Of a stretch of 64,000 bases of DNA, positions 1-8,243 are shown piece by piece; positions within the stretch are counted from its first letter, which is position 1, and the number at the start of each line of letters is the position of its first letter. Under the pieces are notes generated by a model, which was given only the letters and a program-made list of their open reading frames with translations, searched no databases and was not told where the DNA came from. Both the position numbers and the translations under genes were made by a program. This stretch comes from an uncultured Iamiaceae bacterium (GTDB taxonomy: Bacteria; Actinomycetota; Acidimicrobiia; Acidimicrobiales; Iamiaceae): contig CAZCVS010000001.1 in NCBI GenBank assembly GCA_964501845.1, positions 207-64,206 on the forward strand, in the 5' to 3' direction.

Positions 1-179
1 GAGGCCTTCTTGTGACCGAAGGTGACCTGGAGGGCGCTGTAGCCGTCCTTCTCGGGGGTGCGGATCTGCACCACGCGAAGGGGCTCGACCTCGAGGACGG
101 TGACCGGGATCATCCGGTTCTGGTCGTCCCAGATCTGAGTCATGCCGACCTTCTGGCCGACGATCGCTTTGGTTGCCAT
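1..179 (-). CDS. rplC: 50S ribosomal protein L3, 5' part (runs off window start)
   Basis: My translation of the minus strand from ATG at 179: [55 protein letters not shown], containing the L3 hallmarks KVGMTQ, PVTV and DGYxAxQ. Not in the ORF track. Confidence 0.97.
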   Translation of the reverse strand, partial: MATKAIVGQKVGMTQIWDDQNRMIPVTVLEVEPLRVVQIRTPEKDGYSALQVTFGHKKA

Positions 180-362
180 GAGATGCGTCTTTCGGTCGCG
201 GAGGAACGGGGGCCCGTTCACGCGGACGCTCCGCATGGGCCAAGCCCAGCGGAGCGCCAGTTCGGTTGTGCTCTGCGGTACCTGTCGCCAGGCCTACGGA
301 GACGTCGGTTGCAGGCGTGAGCCCGATACCAGCCCATCGGCGGGAGCCTCTGGGCAACGAGT
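180..362 (-). promoter_or_regulatory. structured 5' leader of rplC (candidate r-protein leader)
   Basis: Non-coding stretch with stem-loops: cgctccgc-a-tgggc/caa/gccca-gcggagcg (227-256) and gaacgg/ccgttc (204-219). Confidence 0.45.
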
Positions 363-367
363 TGGAA

Positions 368-397
368 ACACTAGGGGCAACGACGGGTGACCAGCAA
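368..397 (-). promoter_or_regulatory. putative housekeeping-sigma promoter for rplC
   Basis: TTGCTG-N18-TAGTGT on the minus strand, about 190 nt upstream of the rplC start. Confidence 0.55.
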
Positions 398-532
398 CTC
401 GGGGGCGCGCCGCCCTTCGGATCCACCCCCGGGCGGTGCCGATCCCCGCATGGGCGACCTCAGACCGCCACGGAGGCTGTGCCACACTAACTCGGGCTGG
501 CATCGGGTCAGCGGGAGGTTCGGGACGGGGTC

Positions 533-1231
533 TTGGGAGCGAACGGGAACGGCGACCACACCCACCTCGCTTGGCGCCGCAGGCGCAAGAACCGGGTCAT
601 CACGATCGTGATCAGCGTGGCGCTGGCTGTCGGGATCATCACCGTCTGGCCGCGGAGCGGCGACGGCACCACCGAGGTCGCGACGGGCGCGTCCGGCGAA
701 GCGACGACCACGCTCGACACCACGCCGTTCAGCGTGTTCCGCCCCGACGGCAACCGGGCGATCACCATCCCGGAGGACGAGCTGACGACGACCACCACCA
801 CCACCCTGCCGCCCACCACACTGCCGCCCACCACGACGCTCCCGCCCACCACGACGACGACGACGCTCCCACCCACCACGACGACGACCCTGCCGATCCC
901 GTCCCGGCACCGTGATCCGATCTGCCAAGCAATGGTCGAGCTGATCTCGTTCGCTCGGTCCGCCCAAGGGGGCATCGACAACCCGATCGCCTACGCGGCC
1001 AGGGTGAGCAGGCGCGTCAGCGAATGGATCACGGCGCTGAGAGCGCTCGATGCACAGACGTACGCTGGGGCGATCGTCAAGTTGGAGCAGACGTTGGTAC
1101 AGCTCCGCGATCGCCCATCCGCCGATGAACTCCGGCTGATCATGGAGAACCTGCTGGCGCCCGATGACCGGTTCCGGCTGCTCGTCGCCCACGTCATGGA
1201 GTTCTGCCCGTCGGTCCTGGCGGCGAGGTGA
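533..1231 (+). CDS. membrane-anchored Thr/Pro-rich hypothetical protein
   Basis: Basic RRRRKNR followed by one TM helix, TTTTLPP repeats and a helical C-domain with two Cys; start codon uncertain. Confidence 0.7.
   Translation: MGANGNGDHTHLAWRRRRKNRVITIVISVALAVGIITVWPRSGDGTTEVATGASGEATTTLDTTPFSVFRPDGNRAITIPEDELTTTTTTTLPPTTLPPTTTLPPTTTTTTLPPTTTTTLPIPSRHRDPICQAMVELISFARSAQGGIDNPIAYAARVSRRVSEWITALRALDAQTYAGAIVKLEQTLVQLRDRPSADELRLIMENLLAPDDRFRLLVAHVMEFCPSVLAAR
785..896 (+). repeat. coding tandem repeat (T)nLPP
   Basis: Runs of acc/acg codons interspersed with ctgccgccc/ctcccgccc. Confidence 0.8.
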
Positions 1232-1315
1232 CGCTCGCTCGGCGCTGGCCGAGAGAGCGTCGGATCGCCTGACGGGCGAAGGTTCGAGAGCACGCGCGGG
1301 CTCTGCCCGCGTGGA

Positions 1316-2200
1316 CTACGACCCCAGGCCCTGGCCGACACGGGCAGCCACCACGTACATCGATTCGGTGTGGTCTCGCCTGAACGCGAACGGGACCAGG
1401 AGACCGACGAACCCGAGCCCGGCCATCGACGCGCCCAGCCGCAGCGCACCTCTGCGCAGCCGAGGGTGAACAGCGAGCACGAGGACGCACCCGCTGGCCT
1501 GGAGCGTCCGTCGGGCCAACGCGGGACCCAGCTCTGCGGCGAGGAACTCCCCGAAGAGCCCGACGGCGCGCCGCAACGTGTAGGCGGAGGTCGAGCTGAC
1601 CGACATCTCGACGTCGATCACCGTCGGGTTGCGCGCGGCGTCTTCGAAGAGCGTCGGCAGCAGCATCTGGCGGCCCGTCCGCTCGATCACCCGCCGGATC
1701 GCCGCTGCGACCTCGGGCGTGCCGACCATGAACGTGGAGCCCACGTCGGAGACCGAGAGCCGCAGCACGCGGGCCAAGAGGTTGACGGTGCGCGAGCCCA
1801 GGAGCCGGACCCCCCCGGGCGCGTGGCCGATCCGTCGCGCCACCACCAGATCATGGCCCTCGCGAAGGGCGCACACGAGTCGGGGGATGGCTTCGGGCGG
1901 GTGCTCGAGGTCGGCGTCGATCGACATGATCACCTCCCCTCGGGCGACGTCGATGCCGGCGCAGTAGGCCATGGGCTGGCCGACGTTCGCCACGAGGTGG
2001 AGCCCGACCACCTTTGGGTCGGCCGAGGCCAGCGCCTCGATGACCGCCCAGGAACCATCGGGGCTGGCGTCATCGACGAAGATCAGCTCGTAGTCCACCT
2101 CCCCCATCGTGCGGAGCGTCGTTGCCAGGCGGTCCTTGAGCTCGCGAAGGGTCGTCTCGTTGCCGTAGACGGGAACGATCACGGAGAGCCGTTCGGTCAC
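1316..2200 (-). CDS. family 2 glycosyltransferase (ArnC/DPM-synthase-like)
   Basis: SVIVPVYGNE, FVDDASPDGS, IDADLEHPPE and C-terminal TM helices. The GTG start at 2200 overlaps the upstream stop (GTGA). Confidence 0.88.
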   Translation of the reverse strand: MTERLSVIVPVYGNETTLRELKDRLATTLRTMGEVDYELIFVDDASPDGSWAVIEALASADPKVVGLHLVANVGQPMAYCAGIDVARGEVIMSIDADLEHPPEAIPRLVCALREGHDLVVARRIGHAPGGVRLLGSRTVNLLARVLRLSVSDVGSTFMVGTPEVAAAIRRVIERTGRQMLLPTLFEDAARNPTVIDVEMSVSSTSAYTLRRAVGLFGEFLAAELGPALARRTLQASGCVLVLAVHPRLRRGALRLGASMAGLGFVGLLVPFAFRRDHTESMYVVAARVGQGLGS

Positions 2201-3204
2201 GAGTCGTCGGTCCAGCCGTGGAGCATGTGGCTGACTCGGCAGGGCCGGATGCTGGGCCGGCCGAGCAGCATGTTCACCATCGGGAGGTTCGTCGCCTGGG
2301 TGTCCCACTGGACGAACCTGGCGCCGTCGAGCAGGGGCTCGTTGCACATGAACTCGGCCGCGTTGCGGTTGTGACCGGCCGGCGCCCCCGGGGGCCGGTA
2401 GCCGAAGGAGTCGTTCAGCAGGGTGAGGCCGTAGGGCGCCACCGCCGGGTCGCGCTTGAACGTGCCGAACCCGAAGACGACCCCGTCGAGCTCGCGGTAC
2501 ACGGCCACGTCGGCCCGGATGCCCTCGATGACCTGATCTCTCCGGCGGTCGTAGATCGCGGTGCAACGCTCGTCGTCGAGGCGCGGGTCGGCGTGGTAGT
2601 GGTCATCGATGATCGGCGCCCGGGCGGAGCGCAGCACCGCCTGGAGCTCTTGGGGGAGCGGCCCGTCGGCGAACCGGTGGATCTTCATCCCCGTCGGGTC
2701 GTAGGGCGGGTTCAGATGCCGGCGCTCCAGGTCGTTCATGAGGACCAGGGAGGTCTCGCGGACGGTGAAGCCGGTTGCGGTCGCACCGGCCAGCGCCTCG
2801 ACGTCGTCGACTTCGATCCGCAGCATCATCAGGCCGGCGTCGCCGGCCAGCTCGCTCCTCAAGGCACCGAGCAGCTCGGCCACCACCGACCTCCGATCAG
2901 CCGCAGGGTCGACGAGGACGGCGACGACTTCGTGGACGGGCAGATCGAAGATCTCCGCCAGATCGGGGAGCGGACGCCAGAGCAGGCCACCAAGGATGTC
3001 CCCGCCCTCGCTCACCACCAGCGGAGCTGGCGCAGATCGCAGCACCTCGCGGACCTGATCGGAACGGACGTGGAGGCTCACCTGCGGGCTGAAGCGGTCG
3101 AGCCACCGCAGCGGTGCGAACGCATCCTTCTCCGCCAGCGCGATGATCTGCTCGTCGACATGATCTGCCGAGACGGGCGTGGAGGTGGAGGACGTCGGCG
3201 CCAT
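2197..3204 (-). CDS. tandem GNAT-fold acyltransferase, WecD/RffC-like
   Basis: HYHADPRL...AIY and TQATNLPM motifs resemble amino-sugar acyltransferases; GAAGGAG RBS before ATG 3204. Confidence 0.6.
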   Translation of the reverse strand: MAPTSSTSTPVSADHVDEQIIALAEKDAFAPLRWLDRFSPQVSLHVRSDQVREVLRSAPAPLVVSEGGDILGGLLWRPLPDLAEIFDLPVHEVVAVLVDPAADRRSVVAELLGALRSELAGDAGLMMLRIEVDDVEALAGATATGFTVRETSLVLMNDLERRHLNPPYDPTGMKIHRFADGPLPQELQAVLRSARAPIIDDHYHADPRLDDERCTAIYDRRRDQVIEGIRADVAVYRELDGVVFGFGTFKRDPAVAPYGLTLLNDSFGYRPPGAPAGHNRNAAEFMCNEPLLDGARFVQWDTQATNLPMVNMLLGRPSIRPCRVSHMLHGWTDDS

Positions 3205-3386
3205 GCCGCTCCTTCGGGGTCGTCGGGCAGGTGGCCCGGGGAAGCGATCACGATAGGGCCATTCTGCCGCCGAGATCCGAGCGCGTTTGACCACGGCGAC
3301 GGCCGCTGAGGGCTGAGGGCCCGCGCAACGCCTTTGCTAGGTTCGAACCGCTCGCCGATGCCTCGCTGTCCCGCCGAAAGAGAACG

Positions 3387-4517
3387 ATGGACTTCGACTA
3401 CGGGTTGGTCTCCGCCGACTCCCACGTGACCGAACCACCCGATTGCTACGAGCGGTTCATCGACCCGGCGTTCCGGGACCGGGTGCCCCACGTGGTGACC
3501 GACGAGCGCGGCGGGCAGCGGTACCTCATCCCGGGCCTCGACCAGATGGCGGTGCCGATGGGCCTCATCGGGTCGGCCGGTCGTGAGTCGTCGAAGATCC
3601 GGTACCACGCCCGCGAGGCGGGCGAGTGGCAGCGATCGGGCTGGGATCCCACCGTCCGAACCGCCGATCAGGACGTCGACGGGGTGATCGCCGAGATCCT
3701 CTACCCCTCCGTCGGCGTGCCCCTCGGAGTCCATCCCGACCTCGACTACCGGCACGCGTGCATGACCGCCTACAACCGGTGGCTCCTCGAGTTCTGCTCG
3801 GTGGCCCCCCGGCGTCTCTACGGCGCCGGCCAGGCCGCCCTGCGCGACGGCGCCGACGGCGCTCGGGAGATCCAGGAGATCGCCGCACAGGGCTTCGTCG
3901 GCGTGATGATGCCGGGGCTCCCCGGTGTGGCCGACTACGACGACCCGTCCTACGACCCGGTGTGGGCCGCGGCGGTCGAGACCGGCCTACCCCTCTGCTT
4001 CCACATCGTCACCGTGAAGTCGCAGACGGGGCTCCGGGGCCCGGGGATCAACGCCATGATGAACGTGGTGCGGACCTGCCAGGACATCATCGGCACCCTG
4101 ATCTTCTCCGGCGTGTTCGACCGCTTCCCCGAGCTGCGGATCGTGGGGGTGGAGGCCGACGCGGGCTGGGCACCGCACTACGCCTGGCGCATGGACCACG
4201 TGTACGAGCGGCACCGCCACTGGAACAAGACCCAGCAGCTCGACCGGCTCCCGTCCGAGTACTTCTGGGGCAACGTCTGGCTGACCTTCCAGAACGACTG
4301 GTCGGCGCTCCAGCTCCTCGACGCTCTCGATGTCGACCGCCTGATGTGGGCGAACGACTTCCCGCACTCGGACTCCACGTGGCCCAACTCGCGCGCCCTC
4401 CTGGGCAAGCACCTCGAGGGCACGGATCCGCTGGCTGCCCGCAAGATCCTGCGCGACAACTGCGTCGAGCTGTTCGGGCTGGATGTGGTGGACCGCGCCC
4501 AGACCGCCACCGCCTGA
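3387..4517 (+). CDS. amidohydrolase family protein (Amidohydro_2)
   Basis: SADSHVTEP, FH, and WANDFPHSDSTWP motifs. Confidence 0.92.
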   Translation: MDFDYGLVSADSHVTEPPDCYERFIDPAFRDRVPHVVTDERGGQRYLIPGLDQMAVPMGLIGSAGRESSKIRYHAREAGEWQRSGWDPTVRTADQDVDGVIAEILYPSVGVPLGVHPDLDYRHACMTAYNRWLLEFCSVAPRRLYGAGQAALRDGADGAREIQEIAAQGFVGVMMPGLPGVADYDDPSYDPVWAAAVETGLPLCFHIVTVKSQTGLRGPGINAMMNVVRTCQDIIGTLIFSGVFDRFPELRIVGVEADAGWAPHYAWRMDHVYERHRHWNKTQQLDRLPSEYFWGNVWLTFQNDWSALQLLDALDVDRLMWANDFPHSDSTWPNSRALLGKHLEGTDPLAARKILRDNCVELFGLDVVDRAQTATA

Positions 4518-4518
4518 G

Positions 4519-6081
4519 ATGCCGGCGCTGACCGCTGCCTTCGCAGCCTCCCAGCCCGACCAGGTGGCCATCGTCGACGAGAGCGGCGCGACCACCTGGC
4601 GCGAGCTCGACGACCGCGTCGGGCGCCTGCGCGGCGCACTGGAGGGGCTCGGAGTCGAAGCCGGCACGAGCGTGCTGCTCATGACCGGGAACGAGCGCGC
4701 CGCGATCGAGACGATCCTGGCGTGCATGCATGCCGGGCTGCTCGTGGTCCCGGTCAACGCCCACTGGGTGGCCGACGAGGTTGCGTACGTGCTCGAGGAC
4801 ACGGGCGCCGACGCCGTGATCGCCAGCGAAGCTCGCCTCGACGTCGCCCGACGGGCGATCGCCGCGACCGACCGGTCGCCGGCACTCGTCGTCGTCTCCG
4901 ACCAGGGCCACGAGGGCGCGGCGCGCTACGAGGACCTGATCGCCGCCACCGCCCCCGCCACCAGCGAGGAGCGCTTCGGTGGGCCGATGTTCTACACCTC
5001 GGGCACCACCGGGCGCCCCAAGGGCGTCCGGTCCCGACTGAACGCGGTGGGCGCCCCGGTCGACGGCTGGGCACCGATCGCCCAGGGCATCGGGATGGGT
5101 ATCGGGATCAGCGAACCCGGCTCGACCCTGCTGCTGACCGGGCCGATCTACCACTCGGTCCAGTGGGTGTACACGTTCGGCACCCTCCTCAACGGTTCCA
5201 CCGTCGTCGTCCAGCCCCGCTTCGATCCGGAGGCCGTCCTCGCCGACATCGACCGCCACCAGGTCACGCACCTCCACCTCGTGCCCACCCAGATGCTGCG
5301 CCTGCTCCGCTTGGACGAGCCGACCCGGGACGCCTTCTCGGGCGCCAGCCTGGTGCGCGCCTACCACGGTGCTGCGCCCTGTCCGCGCTGGGTGAAGCAA
5401 GCGATGATCGACTGGTGGGGGCCGATCATCACCGAGTACTACGGCGGCACCGAGGCCGGGTTCCTCACCACGATCTCGTCGGCGGAGTGGATGGAGCGGC
5501 CCGGCAGCGTCGGGCGAGCCGGCCCGAACGTCGAGGTCACGGTCGTCGACGAAGAGGGACGGACCCTGCCCCCGCGTGAGCACGGGGCGGTCCGGTTCCG
5601 CAGCCGCGAAGGCCACGACTTCCGCTACCACAACGCCGCGGAGAAGACGGCGGCGGCACACCCCGAACCCGGGGTGGGAACGCTCGGGGACATCGGCTGG
5701 TTCGACGAGGACGGCTATCTCTTCCTGTCCGATCGGTCCATCGACATGATCGTCTCCGGTGGCGTGAACATCTATCCCGCCGAGATCGAGGCCGTCCTCA
5801 GCGAACACCCGGCCGTGGCCGACGTGGCCGTGCTGGGCCTACCCGAGCCCGAGATGGGCGAGCAGGTGCTCGCCGTGGTGCAGACCCAGGGTTCCCGCTC
5901 GCTCGACGAGGCGCTCGTGGCCGAGCTCGAGGCGTACTGCCGGGAACGGCTCGCCGGGTACAAGTGCCCCCGCCGCTGGACCCCGATCGATGAGATGCCG
6001 CGCAACGAGGCCGGCAAGGTGCCCAAGCACCAGCTGCGGGCCGCCGTCACCGACGGTCCACCGCGGGCGCGCACCGCCTGA
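4519..6081 (+). CDS. AMP-dependent acyl-CoA synthetase
   Basis: YTSGTTGRPKGV, YYGGTE, GDIG, SGGVNIYPAEIE, GYKCPR and GK motifs. Confidence 0.93.
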   Translation: MPALTAAFAASQPDQVAIVDESGATTWRELDDRVGRLRGALEGLGVEAGTSVLLMTGNERAAIETILACMHAGLLVVPVNAHWVADEVAYVLEDTGADAVIASEARLDVARRAIAATDRSPALVVVSDQGHEGAARYEDLIAATAPATSEERFGGPMFYTSGTTGRPKGVRSRLNAVGAPVDGWAPIAQGIGMGIGISEPGSTLLLTGPIYHSVQWVYTFGTLLNGSTVVVQPRFDPEAVLADIDRHQVTHLHLVPTQMLRLLRLDEPTRDAFSGASLVRAYHGAAPCPRWVKQAMIDWWGPIITEYYGGTEAGFLTTISSAEWMERPGSVGRAGPNVEVTVVDEEGRTLPPREHGAVRFRSREGHDFRYHNAAEKTAAAHPEPGVGTLGDIGWFDEDGYLFLSDRSIDMIVSGGVNIYPAEIEAVLSEHPAVADVAVLGLPEPEMGEQVLAVVQTQGSRSLDEALVAELEAYCRERLAGYKCPRRWTPIDEMPRNEAGKVPKHQLRAAVTDGPPRARTA

Positions 6082-6095
6082 GCCGGCCCGACGGC

Positions 6096-7085
6096 TCAAC
6101 GGTCCAGCGCGGGACCCCCTGCGCCGACGAGCCGCTCGAGGGTCGAGGTCTCCACCTCGACGGTGTCGGGCCACGGTTCGAGCTGCTCGAACCGCGCGCC
6201 CGGGATGTGCGCGCCCCCGGCATCGGGTCCGGGAGCAGCGGCGAGCAGCTGGCCCACCAGGACGCCGAGCGCGGTGGATGGCGACCCGCCGAACGCGTGC
6301 GGCGCGAGGGAGAGCACGAACGCGCTCTCCCCCCCATCCGCCTGCCCGACCTTGCCGCCGACCGCGGCGCCGGCGAGCACCTCCACGAGGAGCGCCTGGG
6401 ACCAGCCGCGGTGCCCCCCGCTGGGCAAGATGCTGCCGTCGACGACCTCGCGCGGATCGGTGGTGGGTGCTCCCGACCGGTCGAGCAGCACCCCCTCGGG
6501 AAGGCAATCGCCTCGGGCTCGGGCCAGCGCGATGTCGCCGTAGCTCCACGCGCTCGACGAGAAGTCGACGACCAGGGGCGACGATCCCGCCACCGGTGCT
6601 CCCAGCGCCATCGCGTTCGTCCCGAGGACCGCGGTGGCGGTACCGGGCGGAGCCATGATCGACGGTGAGGTGGCAGCGACCATCCCGATGGAGCCCTCCT
6701 GCGCGAGCCGGTGGGCGAACAGGCCGAGGCACCCGGTGGACCCCGTGAACCCGCGGACTGCGACGGTCACCACCCCGCGGCCGTCGGCGTGGGCCCGGAC
6801 CACCGCCTCCACGGCCTGGTGCACGGCGTAGATCCCGGGCAGGCCACCGGCCGTCACCACGAGCGTGCCCCGCTCCGAGGTCTCGATGGCGACCTCGGAC
6901 TCGACGTGAGCGGCGGCGCTGCGGAAGAGCCACAGCAGCAGGCGCAGCCCGTGGGAGCGCCGGCCCACGACCTCCGCCTCCAGCACGTGGTCGACGACGA
7001 CCTCGGCGGCAGGGGCGGGCATCCCGAGCTGGGCGAGCCAGGCCACCAGGTCCGACCGGGACCGAGCCAGGTCGAGGGCGATCAT
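6096..7085 (-). CDS. Ldh_2 family oxidoreductase (malate/L-lactate/sulfolactate dehydrogenase-like)
   Basis: SHGL, LGTNAMA, DFSSS, GAPTTDP, GGHRG and IPG motifs; ATGA overlap with the upstream gene. Confidence 0.85.
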   Translation of the reverse strand: MIALDLARSRSDLVAWLAQLGMPAPAAEVVVDHVLEAEVVGRRSHGLRLLLWLFRSAAAHVESEVAIETSERGTLVVTAGGLPGIYAVHQAVEAVVRAHADGRGVVTVAVRGFTGSTGCLGLFAHRLAQEGSIGMVAATSPSIMAPPGTATAVLGTNAMALGAPVAGSSPLVVDFSSSAWSYGDIALARARGDCLPEGVLLDRSGAPTTDPREVVDGSILPSGGHRGWSQALLVEVLAGAAVGGKVGQADGGESAFVLSLAPHAFGGSPSTALGVLVGQLLAAAPGPDAGGAHIPGARFEQLEPWPDTVEVETSTLERLVGAGGPALDR

Positions 7086-8143
7086 GCGTCCTCGCCTGCG
7101 CCACCGAACGCCCACGACGCCAACGTCGGCGCATCGGCCCACCACCCGTCGGGTGCGGTACCGCCCAACGCCAGGTCCACGAGCCGTCGCAGCTCGACCA
7201 AGTCGTCGGGCGCCGTCGACGGCCGCCAGGTGTGGATCACGCCGTCGGCGTCGACCTCCTTGACCCCGTCGACGCCCACGACCCCGGCGGCCGTCGCGGA
7301 CGCCAGGAGGGCGGCGACCCGGTCCCCTGGCTCGTCGGGTGCCGGCCAGGTCACGGGATCCAGGCTCACCTGCACGCCGGCGGCCGGCGCCAGCTCCAGC
7401 ACGCTCCGGCGGACGACCCCATCGAGGACGCCGGCACCCGGCGGGGGCGCGTGCAGCACCCCGTCGCCGGTGACCACGAGCGCGTTCATGCTCGTGAACT
7501 CCTCGACCGCACGCGAGCCGGGCGCGATCCACAGCACGGTGTGCGCGCCGATGTCCTGCGCCCGGTGCTGGGCCACCATCGACGAGCCGTAGTTCGACGG
7601 GACCTTCACGACGCCGCTCGCGCCGGCCAGGGCCCGCCGGTCGGAGGCTTCCACCCGGGCCCGCACCCGTGGCAGCCCGTGGAACGCGGGCTGGGTCCAC
7701 CCGGCCAGCACGTGCAGCTCGAACCGGACGGAGCCGGACATGCTCCAGTCCTCGTCCACCGCTACCACCAGCGGGCGGAGGTAGAGGAACGAGCCGGGCT
7801 CGAGGTCAGGCGGAACCTCGAGCGCATCGAGGAGGCTGCTCAGCGCGGCGCCGAACGTGGGACCGGGAACAGAGGGCATCGACAGCCGCTCCAGCGATCG
7901 GCTCAGGCGGCGGTGGTGGAGCTCGGGCCGGAACACCTGCAACCGGCCATCGACCGGCGCGGTGCGGAGCGCCTCGAACGCGACCTGGCCGTAGTGCAGG
8001 CCCACCGCTCGCAGCGGGAGCACCGGAGGCTCCCGGAGGATCGTGGAGGAGCCCCACGCGCCGCCCGATGATGCGAGCACCACGGACACGGGCGCGAACG
8101 AGTTGGGGAACACCTGGCGGATCCTTCCGGCTCGGGGCACCAT
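7082..8143 (-). CDS. class IV aminotransferase (branched-chain amino acid aminotransferase-like)
   Basis: LHYGQVAFEAL, FRP, LYLRP, KVPSNY (PLP lysine), EEFTSMN and LDGVVR motifs. Confidence 0.85.
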   Translation of the reverse strand: MVPRAGRIRQVFPNSFAPVSVVLASSGGAWGSSTILREPPVLPLRAVGLHYGQVAFEALRTAPVDGRLQVFRPELHHRRLSRSLERLSMPSVPGPTFGAALSSLLDALEVPPDLEPGSFLYLRPLVVAVDEDWSMSGSVRFELHVLAGWTQPAFHGLPRVRARVEASDRRALAGASGVVKVPSNYGSSMVAQHRAQDIGAHTVLWIAPGSRAVEEFTSMNALVVTGDGVLHAPPPGAGVLDGVVRRSVLELAPAAGVQVSLDPVTWPAPDEPGDRVAALLASATAAGVVGVDGVKEVDADGVIHTWRPSTAPDDLVELRRLVDLALGGTAPDGWWADAPTLASWAFGGAGEDA

Positions 8144-8243
8144 GGCCGCGGGGCGAGGTTACCGGGGGTACCGGGGCCGTTGCGCCCCGTGGTGCCGAGG
8201 TCTACCGTGAGCAGCCACCGGGAGCGAGGCAAGGTCGCAGGAG

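Noticed and set aside
12..490. Short plus-strand ORFs at the window start
   Set aside because: They overlap rplC and its leader/promoter on the opposite strand and have no protein-like features.
785..896. CRISPR or non-coding repeat array
   Set aside because: These are codon-level repeats encoding a Thr/Pro linker, with no repeat-spacer structure and no cas genes.
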